From positions 49,645 to 113,644 of IMG/VR virus record IMGVR_UViG_3300005826_000037: a DNA stretch of 64,000 bases, one strand, 5' to 3'. Below the pieces are notes generated by a model. It searched no databases and was not told the origin of the DNA. It saw only the letters and a program-made list of their open reading frames with translations. Position 1 is the first letter of the stretch. Every line of letters starts with the position of its first letter. Below, piece after piece: positions 38,439 through 48,411 of the stretch. Made by a program: the position numbers and the translations under genes. This DNA is from a virus.

Positions 38439-39721
38439 TATTTCATCCAGGCATTATACAAAGCATTTGTTTTTCTAACATATGGTGATGCAATACCAAT
38501 AAATTTATTGGCGACTTGTTCTGTCATTAAATCAGGACTTATAGCATTGCTTTGATTTTTAATTTCTGTAAGCTTACTTATAATAGAACTTATTTGTGAT
38601 ATAGCTTTTTGAGAATTAACATCACCACTAGAATTTATAACAGGAGTCAATACTCTTAATTTACTAAGAGCGTTACCAATATAAGAATTTACTTTACCTA
38701 ATTGAATCTCTCCCTCACTAGATGTAATAGATACTTCTTCCAAAGTTATAGGAGAACCTGGTTTTCTTTCTTCCTTTTCTGGTGATCCATAATATTTCTT
38801 TATATTATCATCAAATTGCCCCATATATAAACCTAATGCAGTATTCGCTATACTTAAACAACTATTTATCTTTGATAATATTTCATCTCTCTTATCAGAT
38901 AAATAATCACCAGTAAATAAATCAGTAATATCACCTACATGTCTTGCTGCTGAAAATGGTGCGGTCACTGGATTTAATAAACCTAAATCCTTCCAATCAA
39001 AAAATTCTGTGGAATTAACCATGTCTTCCAAATCCCCAATTACTTCTTTGATACCAGATCTAATATCTCCATCTTCAGTAATTTTACCTAATCCCACTCT
39101 TACTTGACTAATATTAGTTGATATTCTTGATTTATATGTTGTACTATTTCCAAAATATCTATTTATAATTGTTTCAATAGAATTAAGTAATGGATTTATT
39201 TTTTGCACCTGATTTATTGCAGCTTTTCTTCTAAGATTTTCCATATCATCTGAAACCTGACCAATAGATAATTTAACTGCATTAATAATATCAAAAGCAT
39301 TAGTTAATTTTCCAGTAGGTTTCTTATCAAGAATTTTTAATGTCTTTAATTGTTGATCTACAATTGTCTCAACAATTCCATATTCGCCATCGCTAACCTG
39401 AACACTTCCCTTTGGATGAGCCTGATCAACTAAATCTTCGCCAGTTTCTTTGCTGGTCGAATATTCGGTTTGTGCTTGTTTATATCTAAGATAATTATTC
39501 TCTAATTCATCTGCATATTTGCTTAAACCAACATCTCTTAATCCAGAGCATAACTTGGTTAAATTAGAAAAGAAATCTTCGGTTGGAGTAAAGTCTGGCT
39601 TATTATTTTCACTAGCCGTTTTCTCAATTATAGATTGCTTTTCTTGTTCTTTTGAAATAGCCATTCTTTCAAGAGATCTCATTACTGGGGAATCGTCAAA
39701 ATTTATGTGCTTAAAAGTCAT
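38438..39721 (-). CDS. Probable head-internal protein with AHP domain
   Basis: EKTAS, YKQAQ; DQAHPKG..IVETIVDQQ..KKPTG; GGAG RBS before 39721. Confidence 0.55.
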   Translation of the reverse strand: MTFKHINFDDSPVMRSLERMAISKEQEKQSIIEKTASENNKPDFTPTEDFFSNLTKLCSGLRDVGLSKYADELENNYLRYKQAQTEYSTSKETGEDLVDQAHPKGSVQVSDGEYGIVETIVDQQLKTLKILDKKPTGKLTNAFDIINAVKLSIGQVSDDMENLRRKAAINQVQKINPLLNSIETIINRYFGNSTTYKSRISTNISQVRVGLGKITEDGDIRSGIKEVIGDLEDMVNSTEFFDWKDLGLLNPVTAPFSAARHVGDITDLFTGDYLSDKRDEILSKINSCLSIANTALGLYMGQFDDNIKKYYGSPEKEERKPGSPITLEEVSITSSEGEIQLGKVNSYIGNALSKLRVLTPVINSSGDVNSQKAISQISSIISKLTEIKNQSNAISPDLMTEQVANKFIGIASPYVRKTNALYNAWMK

Positions 39722-39866
39722 GATAGCTCCAAACAAATCGGTATCTTTATTTAAGTATGCAGTTTTATAACATACTTATACTAAATAAATAGATATGCAC
39801 AAAACCTATTTAACCAATTATTCTCTTGCATCTTAATCTTTTTCTAATTACAATGTGGACGGATTT

Positions 39867-40559
39867 TCAGTACCATAGAAATTCGATCATACTATTCATA
39901 GGTGTTGGTGGAGCAGTAACCATAGCAACAGCTGGATGATAATCACTTGGTTTTCTTGTAGTAAGATATCCTGACTCACTCACATATAGATTAGCTCTTA
40001 CCGGATATTGTTGATTACTTTCAAATTGATCAGTTTGCGCAAACATCCTTTGGAACCAAACAGTCATTCTGCCTGTTCCAGCGGTACTATCATCACCAGG
40101 AATATTCGCAATTTGATAAGTATAATTTACAATTGTCCTGATAGCATCTGGAGTCCCAGATCCTGTCATATCAAAATTAAGTTGAGTTCCCGCAACAAAA
40201 GTAATAACTCCATTAACGGGATTAAGCGCGACATCAATTGTGGAGTTAAAACTATCAGGAATAATATTTGGTTTCCTAAGCTCAGCTTTAATATCAATTG
40301 GGGTAACTAATATTCCTCCAGGACCAGGAATACCTGTTGCTGGAACAATTATAACTTCATTCCAAGAAACACTAGTAAATGCTTTTGTTCTAATCTCATC
40401 AATAATACCAATTGGCGCTGTACCAGTGCTAACTGTCGCCATAACTTGATTTCCTATGACTGTAAGTTCTCCACACATGCCGGGCTGAAATTCCACACTA
40501 GGGTCACAAATAAAAGAAGCTGGTAAACTGTTGCCAACTTGTATCAATCTCAAAGTCAT
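39867..40559 (-). CDS. Capsid decoration-like protein, paralog of 32428-33093
   Basis: MTLRLIQVG versus MALKLLQPG; TAGTGRMTVW versus TATGSGKVTCW. Confidence 0.55.
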   Translation of the reverse strand: MTLRLIQVGNSLPASFICDPSVEFQPGMCGELTVIGNQVMATVSTGTAPIGIIDEIRTKAFTSVSWNEVIIVPATGIPGPGGILVTPIDIKAELRKPNIIPDSFNSTIDVALNPVNGVITFVAGTQLNFDMTGSGTPDAIRTIVNYTYQIANIPGDDSTAGTGRMTVWFQRMFAQTDQFESNQQYPVRANLYVSESGYLTTRKPSDYHPAVAMVTAPPTPMNSMIEFLWY

Positions 40560-40615
40560 ATTATTATCCTATTTTATGCATTAAACTTTAACCAGGTCAT
40601 GATATATAACTTTAT

Positions 40616-41575
40616 ATGAAAAGGACAAAATTAACACCAGAATTAACTCAAAAAATAATTTATGAATATTTATCTGGACTAGATACATATCAAACTGCAA
40701 AAAAATGCACCTGTTCTCAAACATTAGTTATGAATGTACTAAAGAGAAATAATATACCTCGTCGTACAACTCAAGACTATACAAGAAAATATATAACCAA
40801 TAACAAATTTTTTGAAAATATAAATAACGAAAATAATGCGTATTTTCTAGGTCTACTATATGCTGATGGTAATAACTATGTAAGAATACCACATTCATAT
40901 GAAATTTCAATTAAACTACAAGAATGCGATAAATCTATTTTAGAAAAATTACGAGATCTACTGTGTCCAAATATGGAATTAAAACTTAAAATAGATAAAA
41001 ATACTTCAAATAAACATTATTTATTTAAAATAAATAGTAAAAAAATAAGCGAACAATTATCTTCATTAGGATGTGTTCCAAATAAAAGTTTAATTTTAAC
41101 TTTTCCTAAATTTTTAGATGATAATTTACTAAATCACTTTATAAGAGGTTATTTTGATGGAGACGGATCATTATATTGTAAACCTCAAAAAAAATCTGGA
41201 CAAATTGATTATAATTTACAACTAACTTCTTCTGATAAATTTTGTTTATCTGCTAAAAATAAAATTGAAAATATATTAAATATTCATTTTTCAACTAAAT
41301 TAGCTCATACGAAAACAAATCAAATAACAACAACATTATCTGTTGGTGGTAATAATCAAGTAGAAAAAATTCTTGATTGGATATATAAAGATGCAACTAT
41401 ATATTTACCAAGAAAATATGATAAATATATAGAATTCAAAAATTATAGAAATCAAACTTCATCTTCAAATGAAGGAAGAAAATCTTCTTCTGACACTTCT
41501 AAATCAATATCAGCACTTAATAAATCATCAGAGTCATTAATCTCTAAAACTCCATCATCAGACATATTAAATTGA
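40616..41575 (+). mobile_element. Free-standing LAGLIDADG homing endonuclease
   Basis: YFLGLLYADG and FIRGYFDGDG; 3' end overlaps the antisense gene by 124 bp. Confidence 0.9.
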
Positions 41576-41856
41576 GTACCGTGATGTAATAGATTTTTAA
41601 CTTGTTTCTCTGGTGATAGATTTTTCAAATGACGATCTGGTGTTTTTGCGGGATCACTTTCAGCAATCTTCTTAAGAACTGCTATAACTTTATCAGCAGC
41701 TATTATAAGACCCTCTTCTTCAAAAATCTCTGCTGCAGAATGTAATAGATTTACTGCTTCAAAAAGATTATCGGTATTTTGACCAGATTGTACCTCTGCA
41801 AGTTTAACTTGCATACCTGAAATTAATTCATCTTCGAATACTGATTTTTTGATCAT
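41452..41856 (-). CDS. Small helical head protein, paralog of 41853-42299
   Basis: MIKKSVFEDEL..AAEIFEEEGL..AD..LKKIA. Confidence 0.6.
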   Translation of the reverse strand: MIKKSVFEDELISGMQVKLAEVQSGQNTDNLFEAVNLLHSAAEIFEEEGLIIAADKVIAVLKKIAESDPAKTPDRHLKNLSPEKQVKNLLHHGTQFNMSDDGVLEINDSDDLLSADIDLEVSEEDFLPSFEDEV

Positions 41857-42299
41857 TTTTCCAACTTTTTCTCAAGTTTTGCAAGTTCTTTATAATAATC
41901 AGACTCAATTGGACTACCTTCATTTTTTGTAGTTTCAACCATGTGATCCATAGCAATTTCTTTTGCTATTTCAGGATCATTAGTATGTTCCATTTCTACT
42001 TTTCTTCCGCGTTCCAATGTGTCTTCATCAAAATCATCTGGTTCATAATCATCAGCTTTTCCGCCATGAATATGATCTTCCCAAGATTTACTGTTTTTAA
42101 CAACAGAACTTAAAACTTCCATGATACCATCAGAGATATCATTCATACCAGCTTTATCAAAGAGGCACGCGGCAGCACTGAGATTGTCAATTGCTCTCGC
42201 TATTTTATTAAATCCATATTGCGATTCAAGTCTATTACTAACTAGCTCTTTTTCCATAGAGCGCATCAACTCATCTTCAATGCTGCCGCGTTTAAACAT
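41853..42299 (-). CDS. Small head protein with C-terminal DUF5661-like domain
   Basis: GGKADD..DFD..GRKVEMEHTNDPEIAKEIAMDH..YY. Confidence 0.65.
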   Translation of the reverse strand: MFKRGSIEDELMRSMEKELVSNRLESQYGFNKIARAIDNLSAAACLFDKAGMNDISDGIMEVLSSVVKNSKSWEDHIHGGKADDYEPDDFDEDTLERGRKVEMEHTNDPEIAKEIAMDHMVETTKNEGSPIESDYYKELAKLEKKLEK

Positions 42300-42316
42300 T
42301 TGTTTACCTCTAAAAA

Positions 42317-42823
42317 TTACTTGGAAGTTTTCTTGCCCTTCTTGTCGTCTGTTGACTTCTTAGACTCTTTAGACTCCTTGGACTCTTTCTTATCATCCTT
42401 CTTTGCAAAGAAAGGTGGTTTTTTACTTGCCTTTTCTTCCTTCTTGTCTTCGGTGTCCTTTTTCTTTGCGGCAAGAACCAACTCAGCAAGCTTTAGACTT
42501 AGAATTGCATTCTTTTCCATATTAAGTGCGTCAAGTGCTGCAGATGCTGTAAGAAGACTGTCGATTGCAACGGCATATACTGGAGAAACTTCCATATCAT
42601 CAGCTTCTGCTGAATCCTTTTTCTCTTCTTTGCTCTCTTTACTTTCCTTCTCTTCGCTCTTCTTTTCTTTCTCTTCGCTATCCTTATCGCTCTTCTTTTC
42701 TTTTGCATCATTTTCATCAGATGCAGTTTTTACCTGTGTACCAAATAGAGACTTATATTCGTCGCTGTTTAGGGCAGCATTCATACTATTTGCTACAAAA
42801 TCTGAAATGCTTTTGTTATTCAT
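42317..42823 (-). CDS. K/E-rich head-associated protein
   Basis: VKTAS; low-complexity KKE/SKE runs; AGGGG RBS. Confidence 0.65.
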   Translation of the reverse strand: MNNKSISDFVANSMNAALNSDEYKSLFGTQVKTASDENDAKEKKSDKDSEEKEKKSEEKESKESKEEKKDSAEADDMEVSPVYAVAIDSLLTASAALDALNMEKNAILSLKLAELVLAAKKKDTEDKKEEKASKKPPFFAKKDDKKESKESKESKKSTDDKKGKKTSK

Positions 42824-42864
42824 TTTAGTACCCCTATTAAAAGTTTATTGTCTTTTGTTTTCTC

Positions 42865-45800
42865 TCAGAAAACACCTTTTTTGGTTTGTGAAAGAGCAGA
42901 AGACAATTGGGAAACTAAATTGTCATCCTGTGCTGGCTGAGAAACCTCTCCTGAACCAAACATTCCAACTTGTGGCATAACACCAGCTTCTTTACGCATC
43001 TTTGGCTCATGCTTTGAAACAACTCTCTTCAAAGACTCAAAGTTTCCGTCACTAAATGTCATCAATTCATCAACTTGAGATGCAATGGCATCTGTAGAAT
43101 TTTGGCAAAGTCCACGACTAACCATTTCATAAGTAAGCTCATATGCTCTTGCCATCTTAACTTTGAAGTTAGCAAGCTCACTCTCAATTTGAGCCTTTAC
43201 ATGTTCTTTAACAAGTTCTGATGCAAATTCAGATCCACCATCAGTTTGTCCGAAATATTTCTTGTAATAAGATACAGCGGCACTATCAAGACCTTCAGCA
43301 ATCATTGCTGCAAAGTTTTCATCTGTTGGTTCCAATCTACCGGTGCTAACGAGCATATGAATTGCTTCAGCTTCTTTACGAACCTTTGGTGGAGCCTTTG
43401 CAAGATCCATCATAGCCTTTTGTGTCTCTTCAAGAGTTTCAACCTTTGCAAGATCGCCAGTTGGCTTTACATCAAGTTGAGTTGTTACTCCGCCACCTGG
43501 ATGTGCCTCGGAAGGCATCTTGCAGGTTACCAATGTATCAGCAGCAAGTTTTGCACGAAGGGCTGCACGACCTTCTTTTGTATTCATGGATGCCATTACC
43601 TCAACCTCCGCATCTGGTGGTAATTGACCTGCAATTTGACCAACCTTATCTGCAGGGACTTCTACCTTAACTTCATTCTCATCAAGTTCTTCAGCTTCTG
43701 GCATAACAACTGGCATTTCTGCATCATCTTCTGCACTCAAAGCTTCTTCAACCATACACAAATCTTCATCTGTAGCAGTCATCAAGTCTTGTAATTCATC
43801 ATCAACAGCTACACCATCACTAACTGCATCCATATCGTACACATCTCCCTCTTCTTGATCCAAACTGTAAAGTTCCTTTTCAATTTCGGCACGCTTTACG
43901 ATTGCTTCAGTTCCACGAGCATACTTGATAAAGGCTGTTAGTAGTTTCATTCCATCAGCAGTGCAAGCCTTTGCTTCTGTAAGAGCATCTTCAACAATAC
44001 TTCCAACAAGTTCTTTGTTTGCTTTCTTGACGCCCTTGGCATACATTCCAGCAATCATTTCCAATTCTTGTTCATGTTGATCTAGTTCAGCAATAGCTTC
44101 CTTCATTGCATGAGTCAATGCACCATTCAATTCTTTTCTTAAAGTATTAAGTGTTCTGGTTTCAGATGCTGCTGTGCCCATTTCTGGTACAGGAGCCTCT
44201 TCAAGATCACCCATTTCAGATTGCTCACCAGTAAGTGCCTTAACTGCTTCTGCAAGATCAGAACTCAAATCTCTAACCTTATCTGCCAATTCAACAGCTG
44301 TATCAGCTGGGTTACCGGATTTACCAGTATCTTCACCTTCTGGCATTGGCTCTTCTGGTGCAGGTAGAGCTGCTTCTGGTGCAGGGGCTTCTGGTGCAGG
44401 AGCTTCTGGTGCAGGTGCGCCTTGAGCACTCTTAACGAGGTCTCTAACCTTATCAGCACCCAAAACCTTTACCTTCTCAAGAAGTTTTCCACCAAATTCT
44501 CTTGTTGCAATTGTATCATAAAGCATTCCAGCACGTCCACCAGAAAGTTCATTTACACTTGCAGTAAGGAGTAATTTATCTCCCAAGTAAACATTCCAAG
44601 AACTAGCTCCCAAATTTTGGGTTCCATCTTGATTTGATACCTTCTTGAAACGAGCAGCAAGAGATGCTCTAGAAAGCTTATCTTTTACTTCTTTGTCACC
44701 TGGATACATTCCATCGACAGGTCCGACTTCTGGGAATGGCTTTACTCCTACCATATGCTTATCTTCTTTGTCACGAAGATTTGTGTTAGTAGGATCTACT
44801 GGGTATTTTGGTTTGCCTGGAGTTGGTTCCTCTGGGTTCTTTTCACCCTGTTGGAAATATGCATTCTTCTTGTTTTCTAATGCTCTCTTAGCTGCTTCAA
44901 CAACTGCATTCCTTTTGAGGGCACGTTCTTCAGCTTCTGCACGAGCGAGCATCTTTTTGCGCTCTAAATCTCCGGGATATAATCCCTCAACTGGACCAGT
45001 GTCATCTGTATCCATATGTTTATCACCATCAGTTCTCAACTTATCATTTGTTGGGTCAACAGGGTACTTTGGCTTACCTGGAGTAGGTTCGTCGCCTTCT
45101 GCCCCCTGAAAATAACCTTCCTTATTAATTCTTTGTCCAGACATATTTTCCTCTTGTATTTTTGTGGAAGTTTTTTCTATCTTATCCAAGCTATCTTTCA
45201 TTTGGCTCAATTTTGCCTCTACCGATGACATAACCGCCCTAAGCTCAGATGTTAGGTTAGCTTCCACATCATTCGTAGAAGCAAATCTGACATGAGGGGG
45301 TGCCAATCCAGAATCGGTATTTGGTGTATCCGTTTCACCCATTGCAACAGATCCACTTGATTGATTAAATGCTGCGTTATTAGTATCTTTTTTTAATTCT
45401 TCAAGACTTGCTACAGCCTTTTCAAAACTATCTTTCAATTCCTCAATAGTTTTTCCTTCAATTTTGACAGAATGAGATTCTTTCATTTCTCCAGCTTCAG
45501 TAAAACCATCAGTAATAACAAAAATGTCTCCAGTAAAATGTTCGGCAACTTTATTAAGTTCCTTATTTTTCTTTTCTACATAATCATTGAGGTTATTTGC
45601 CGCAGCAATAATATGTTTAATGTGCGCTTTAGGATCGGCGCCATTTACAACAATCGATAATTCGATTGGATTTAAGTCAATATTAATTTCGCCATAACCA
45701 GTCTTATTGCGCATGTGATCACAAAAATCAGACTCAATTCTTGCAACTCTTCCGCAATCAGTACAAATTGCTCTACCAACTGCAGTACCCATAGACACAG

Positions 45801-46341
45801 AAGTCGAATACCCGGTAGCAACTTTTCTTGCTAAATCCGGGTAGTTTTCTTTATCTAAAGCACATAACGCTATAACCCTTTTTAAGCTGCGATCATAATA
45901 AGTATCAACTATAAAGCCTCTAACGTGGTCGACTGAATTTGATTTATGGTCTATACATAGAGGCTTGTGTACCCATTTTTTATATGCCTTAACTAGCTCT
46001 TCTTCCGGAAATATATCTCCATTAGAATTTCTATAAGGTCTAATATTAGGGTCATTTGACTCCCAACGCCAAGTGCCACCATCTTTACGCCACCCTACCT
46101 CTACAGGTTTTCCAGATGACAATAATTTAGGCGCACCATCTGACTCAAGAGCCGATGCCTCAGCAGCATGCATCATTACTGCTGAGAAGTATAGAAAATT
46201 CTCTGCTTTTGGAGCAATCTTCTTTAAGTTTATTGCAAACTTTCTGAAGTTTTCTAAAACCTCTTCGCTCACAGCAGGCACGCAGGATTGAGTGTTCTCA
46301 ATCCTTAAGATCTCCATAGACTCTCCAAGTTTAATAAGCAT
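42865..46341 (-). CDS. Prohead (maturation) protease fused to a long scaffold/core domain
   Basis: RNSNGDIF, KPLCIDH, VSMGT, CTDC..CDH, ELSIVVNGADPKA (HK97/assemblin-like protease); long acidic coiled-coil C-terminus. Confidence 0.75.
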   Translation of the reverse strand: MLIKLGESMEILRIENTQSCVPAVSEEVLENFRKFAINLKKIAPKAENFLYFSAVMMHAAEASALESDGAPKLLSSGKPVEVGWRKDGGTWRWESNDPNIRPYRNSNGDIFPEEELVKAYKKWVHKPLCIDHKSNSVDHVRGFIVDTYYDRSLKRVIALCALDKENYPDLARKVATGYSTSVSMGTAVGRAICTDCGRVARIESDFCDHMRNKTGYGEINIDLNPIELSIVVNGADPKAHIKHIIAAANNLNDYVEKKNKELNKVAEHFTGDIFVITDGFTEAGEMKESHSVKIEGKTIEELKDSFEKAVASLEELKKDTNNAAFNQSSGSVAMGETDTPNTDSGLAPPHVRFASTNDVEANLTSELRAVMSSVEAKLSQMKDSLDKIEKTSTKIQEENMSGQRINKEGYFQGAEGDEPTPGKPKYPVDPTNDKLRTDGDKHMDTDDTGPVEGLYPGDLERKKMLARAEAEERALKRNAVVEAAKRALENKKNAYFQQGEKNPEEPTPGKPKYPVDPTNTNLRDKEDKHMVGVKPFPEVGPVDGMYPGDKEVKDKLSRASLAARFKKVSNQDGTQNLGASSWNVYLGDKLLLTASVNELSGGRAGMLYDTIATREFGGKLLEKVKVLGADKVRDLVKSAQGAPAPEAPAPEAPAPEAALPAPEEPMPEGEDTGKSGNPADTAVELADKVRDLSSDLAEAVKALTGEQSEMGDLEEAPVPEMGTAASETRTLNTLRKELNGALTHAMKEAIAELDQHEQELEMIAGMYAKGVKKANKELVGSIVEDALTEAKACTADGMKLLTAFIKYARGTEAIVKRAEIEKELYSLDQEEGDVYDMDAVSDGVAVDDELQDLMTATDEDLCMVEEALSAEDDAEMPVVMPEAEELDENEVKVEVPADKVGQIAGQLPPDAEVEVMASMNTKEGRAALRAKLAADTLVTCKMPSEAHPGGGVTTQLDVKPTGDLAKVETLEETQKAMMDLAKAPPKVRKEAEAIHMLVSTGRLEPTDENFAAMIAEGLDSAAVSYYKKYFGQTDGGSEFASELVKEHVKAQIESELANFKVKMARAYELTYEMVSRGLCQNSTDAIASQVDELMTFSDGNFESLKRVVSKHEPKMRKEAGVMPQVGMFGSGEVSQPAQDDNLVSQLSSALSQTKKGVF
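44354..44415 (-). repeat. 15-bp tandem repeat encoding a (PAPEA)n linker
   Basis: TTCTGGTGCAGG core occurs four times on the plus strand. Confidence 0.8.
44665..45120 (-). repeat. Internal ~65-aa duplication in the scaffold (YFQ..EPTPGKPKYPVDPTN..DKHM..GPV.G.YPGD)
   Basis: Two copies visible in the translation. Confidence 0.85.
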
Positions 46342-46523
46342 TATTCTTCCTCTCCTTGGTCTTCATCTTCGGGGATAAGTAATTCATCGAGAGTATCCTC
46401 ATCGTTAAAATCGATACCCTTCTTAATTCTATTCTTCTGCTTCTTTGGATCAATATTTACGAATTTATCACCATCAAAAACAGAAACTATTTGTCCATCG
46501 CCACGCTTTATAAACATTATCAC
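46341..46523 (-). CDS. Small acidic protein translationally coupled to the protease gene
   Basis: GGAG RBS; TAATG overlap with the protease start. Confidence 0.55.
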   Translation of the reverse strand: MIMFIKRGDGQIVSVFDGDKFVNIDPKKQKNRIKKGIDFNDEDTLDELLIPEDEDQGEEE

Positions 46524-46656
46524 TCTCCAAACTGAGAGAATTCAGAAATAAGATACTATAACTTATAGATTATTATTGCTACAATTTTACCGAACTTTCG
46601 GAAACTTTAACCTATATATTATTTTATTACCTCTATAGACCATATTTTGTCGTATA

Positions 46657-47298
46657 TTATTTTGTATTCTCTTTAGCTTTGTTGCCAAGAATTTCCTGTC
46701 GTTTATCAAAAAGCTCCATAATTATTGGAGTTTTTTCTTCAACTTCCATTTGAAGTTCATTGCTTACAGAATCTACCCAGCTCCTTGCAAGAATATTAGA
46801 TTGGATATGATCTTTTATTCTTTCTTCTATAATTTCATCGATCTCTTCACATTGTTTCTGTATACTATCTATAGAACTTATTACATTTTTCACAAAATCT
46901 TTAGATTCTAACTCATCAAATAAAGCAACAAAATCATTGACTTTAATTTCTAAGGAATCAACAGAGAAAATAAAAGATCTCATTAACTTAATTGTTTGTG
47001 TATCTGACGCAAAATTTTTCATTACGTTGACACATTTAAAAGACTCAACTTTGAAATCATTAAATCCATCAACAGCCTGATCTCTAAATCTTCTAATCGC
47101 TGCCCTAGCTTTCATAACATCGTCAGTTGATATCTCAGGATTATTCTTAAATGGAATTTTCATAATATTAAGATGATTATCAGCCAATAACAATAACTTT
47201 AAAGCGTGATTAAAGTGTATTAATGCCTTTTCAGCACGCTGCTTCTCAGCATCAGTTACCTCATATGACATTTGTATTGCATAAGCATGTTTAATCAT
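46657..47298 (-). CDS. Helical hypothetical protein (N-terminal MIKHA)
   Basis: 213-aa ORF. Confidence 0.6.
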   Translation of the reverse strand: MIKHAYAIQMSYEVTDAEKQRAEKALIHFNHALKLLLLADNHLNIMKIPFKNNPEISTDDVMKARAAIRRFRDQAVDGFNDFKVESFKCVNVMKNFASDTQTIKLMRSFIFSVDSLEIKVNDFVALFDELESKDFVKNVISSIDSIQKQCEEIDEIIEERIKDHIQSNILARSWVDSVSNELQMEVEEKTPIIMELFDKRQEILGNKAKENTK

Positions 47299-47361
47299 TA
47301 TTGCTCTCTATCTAAAAATTTTCTATATATTTGATATTTTCTATCTAAATGAAATGTTGAG

Positions 47362-48411
47362 TTATTCGTATATAAATCCAGTCATATTGATTGTAGGTCC
47401 CGTAAATTGTCCACCAGCATCATTATTAAATAAACCTACCTGTGGAACAACATTCTCACTATTAATAACTTCTTCATATGGAACATTTAATGGGATAAGT
47501 TTTATTAGTTCCATCTTATCATAACTCTGTAACTCTGCTTTTTGATTAAAAGTAAGTTCATTTAAAAATGGATGCTCACTTAAATCTCCCAATTTTTCAA
47601 TATCAATTATTTTTAGTAATCCAAATGGAGATTTTACAACCTCATCCCTATTCCATAAACCCATTTCAGATGAAACACGAGTTGTAAAAATAGGCTTATT
47701 ATTATCAACCCTTTCCTTTAATAAAAGGTATTCTTCCTTTGGAAAAGACATTGTTTTTAAATCAGGGACTTCCTTATAATTTTGATAATTTTCACGAGTA
47801 GGAGATTGATCATTGATAGGATTGTAAACAGAATCCATAGGCATTTGCCTCGTTTTACTAAGATATGGGGCAAATGATCCTTGTTGAGCCTGATCTAAAT
47901 AACTATCACGATTGTCGCCAATAGGCTCTCTACTTATACTAACTATATCAGCATCATTTATGTCTTTATTAGATTTACAAGAACGAATTATCTTCTCATA
48001 AAATCTAGTTACCTTAGGGTTTAATCCAAGTCCCATTCCTAATTCTTTGGCATTTTCTATAGCTCTTTCAGGGTCTTCATTAAGATATTTGCATTCAAAA
48101 AGAGCACAAACCAAACCTGTCCTATCCTTGCCATGATAACAATGAACAAAGGTTGGACCATCATTTATTAATAAATCTTTAAGATCATAATCAAGTAATT
48201 TAAGAAGACCAGCACTATTAAATGTGAGAGGTATAATTATCTGTTTAATACCTAATTTTTCAGCGGCATCTTTTATCTTATCTCCAGATTGCTGATCAAG
48301 ACTAACAATCTTATTTATTCCATATTTAGTTTTTAATGTAATAACATCAAGATATGTTGGGGCGCTCCCTCTAAATAATCCCTTTGTTACTGGTAAAAAC
48401 CTATTTATCAT
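47362..48411 (-). CDS. Cys-based protein-tyrosine/dual-specificity phosphatase family protein with C-terminal extension
   Basis: LFRGSAP, GINKIVSL, FVHCYHGKDRTG (CX5R P-loop). Confidence 0.88.
   Translation of the reverse strand: MINRFLPVTKGLFRGSAPTYLDVITLKTKYGINKIVSLDQQSGDKIKDAAEKLGIKQIIIPLTFNSAGLLKLLDYDLKDLLINDGPTFVHCYHGKDRTGLVCALFECKYLNEDPERAIENAKELGMGLGLNPKVTRFYEKIIRSCKSNKDINDADIVSISREPIGDNRDSYLDQAQQGSFAPYLSKTRQMPMDSVYNPINDQSPTRENYQNYKEVPDLKTMSFPKEEYLLLKERVDNNKPIFTTRVSSEMGLWNRDEVVKSPFGLLKIIDIEKLGDLSEHPFLNELTFNQKAELQSYDKMELIKLIPLNVPYEEVINSENVVPQVGLFNNDAGGQFTGPTINMTGFIYE

Noticed and set aside
42300-42980. 226-aa plus-strand ORF and many other short plus-strand ORFs (e.g. 530-871, 25627-25899, 31793-32245, 44645-45109, 52374-52742)
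   Set aside because: They are antisense shadows of well-supported minus-strand genes, with S/F/L-rich translations mirroring K/E-rich codons and no RBS.
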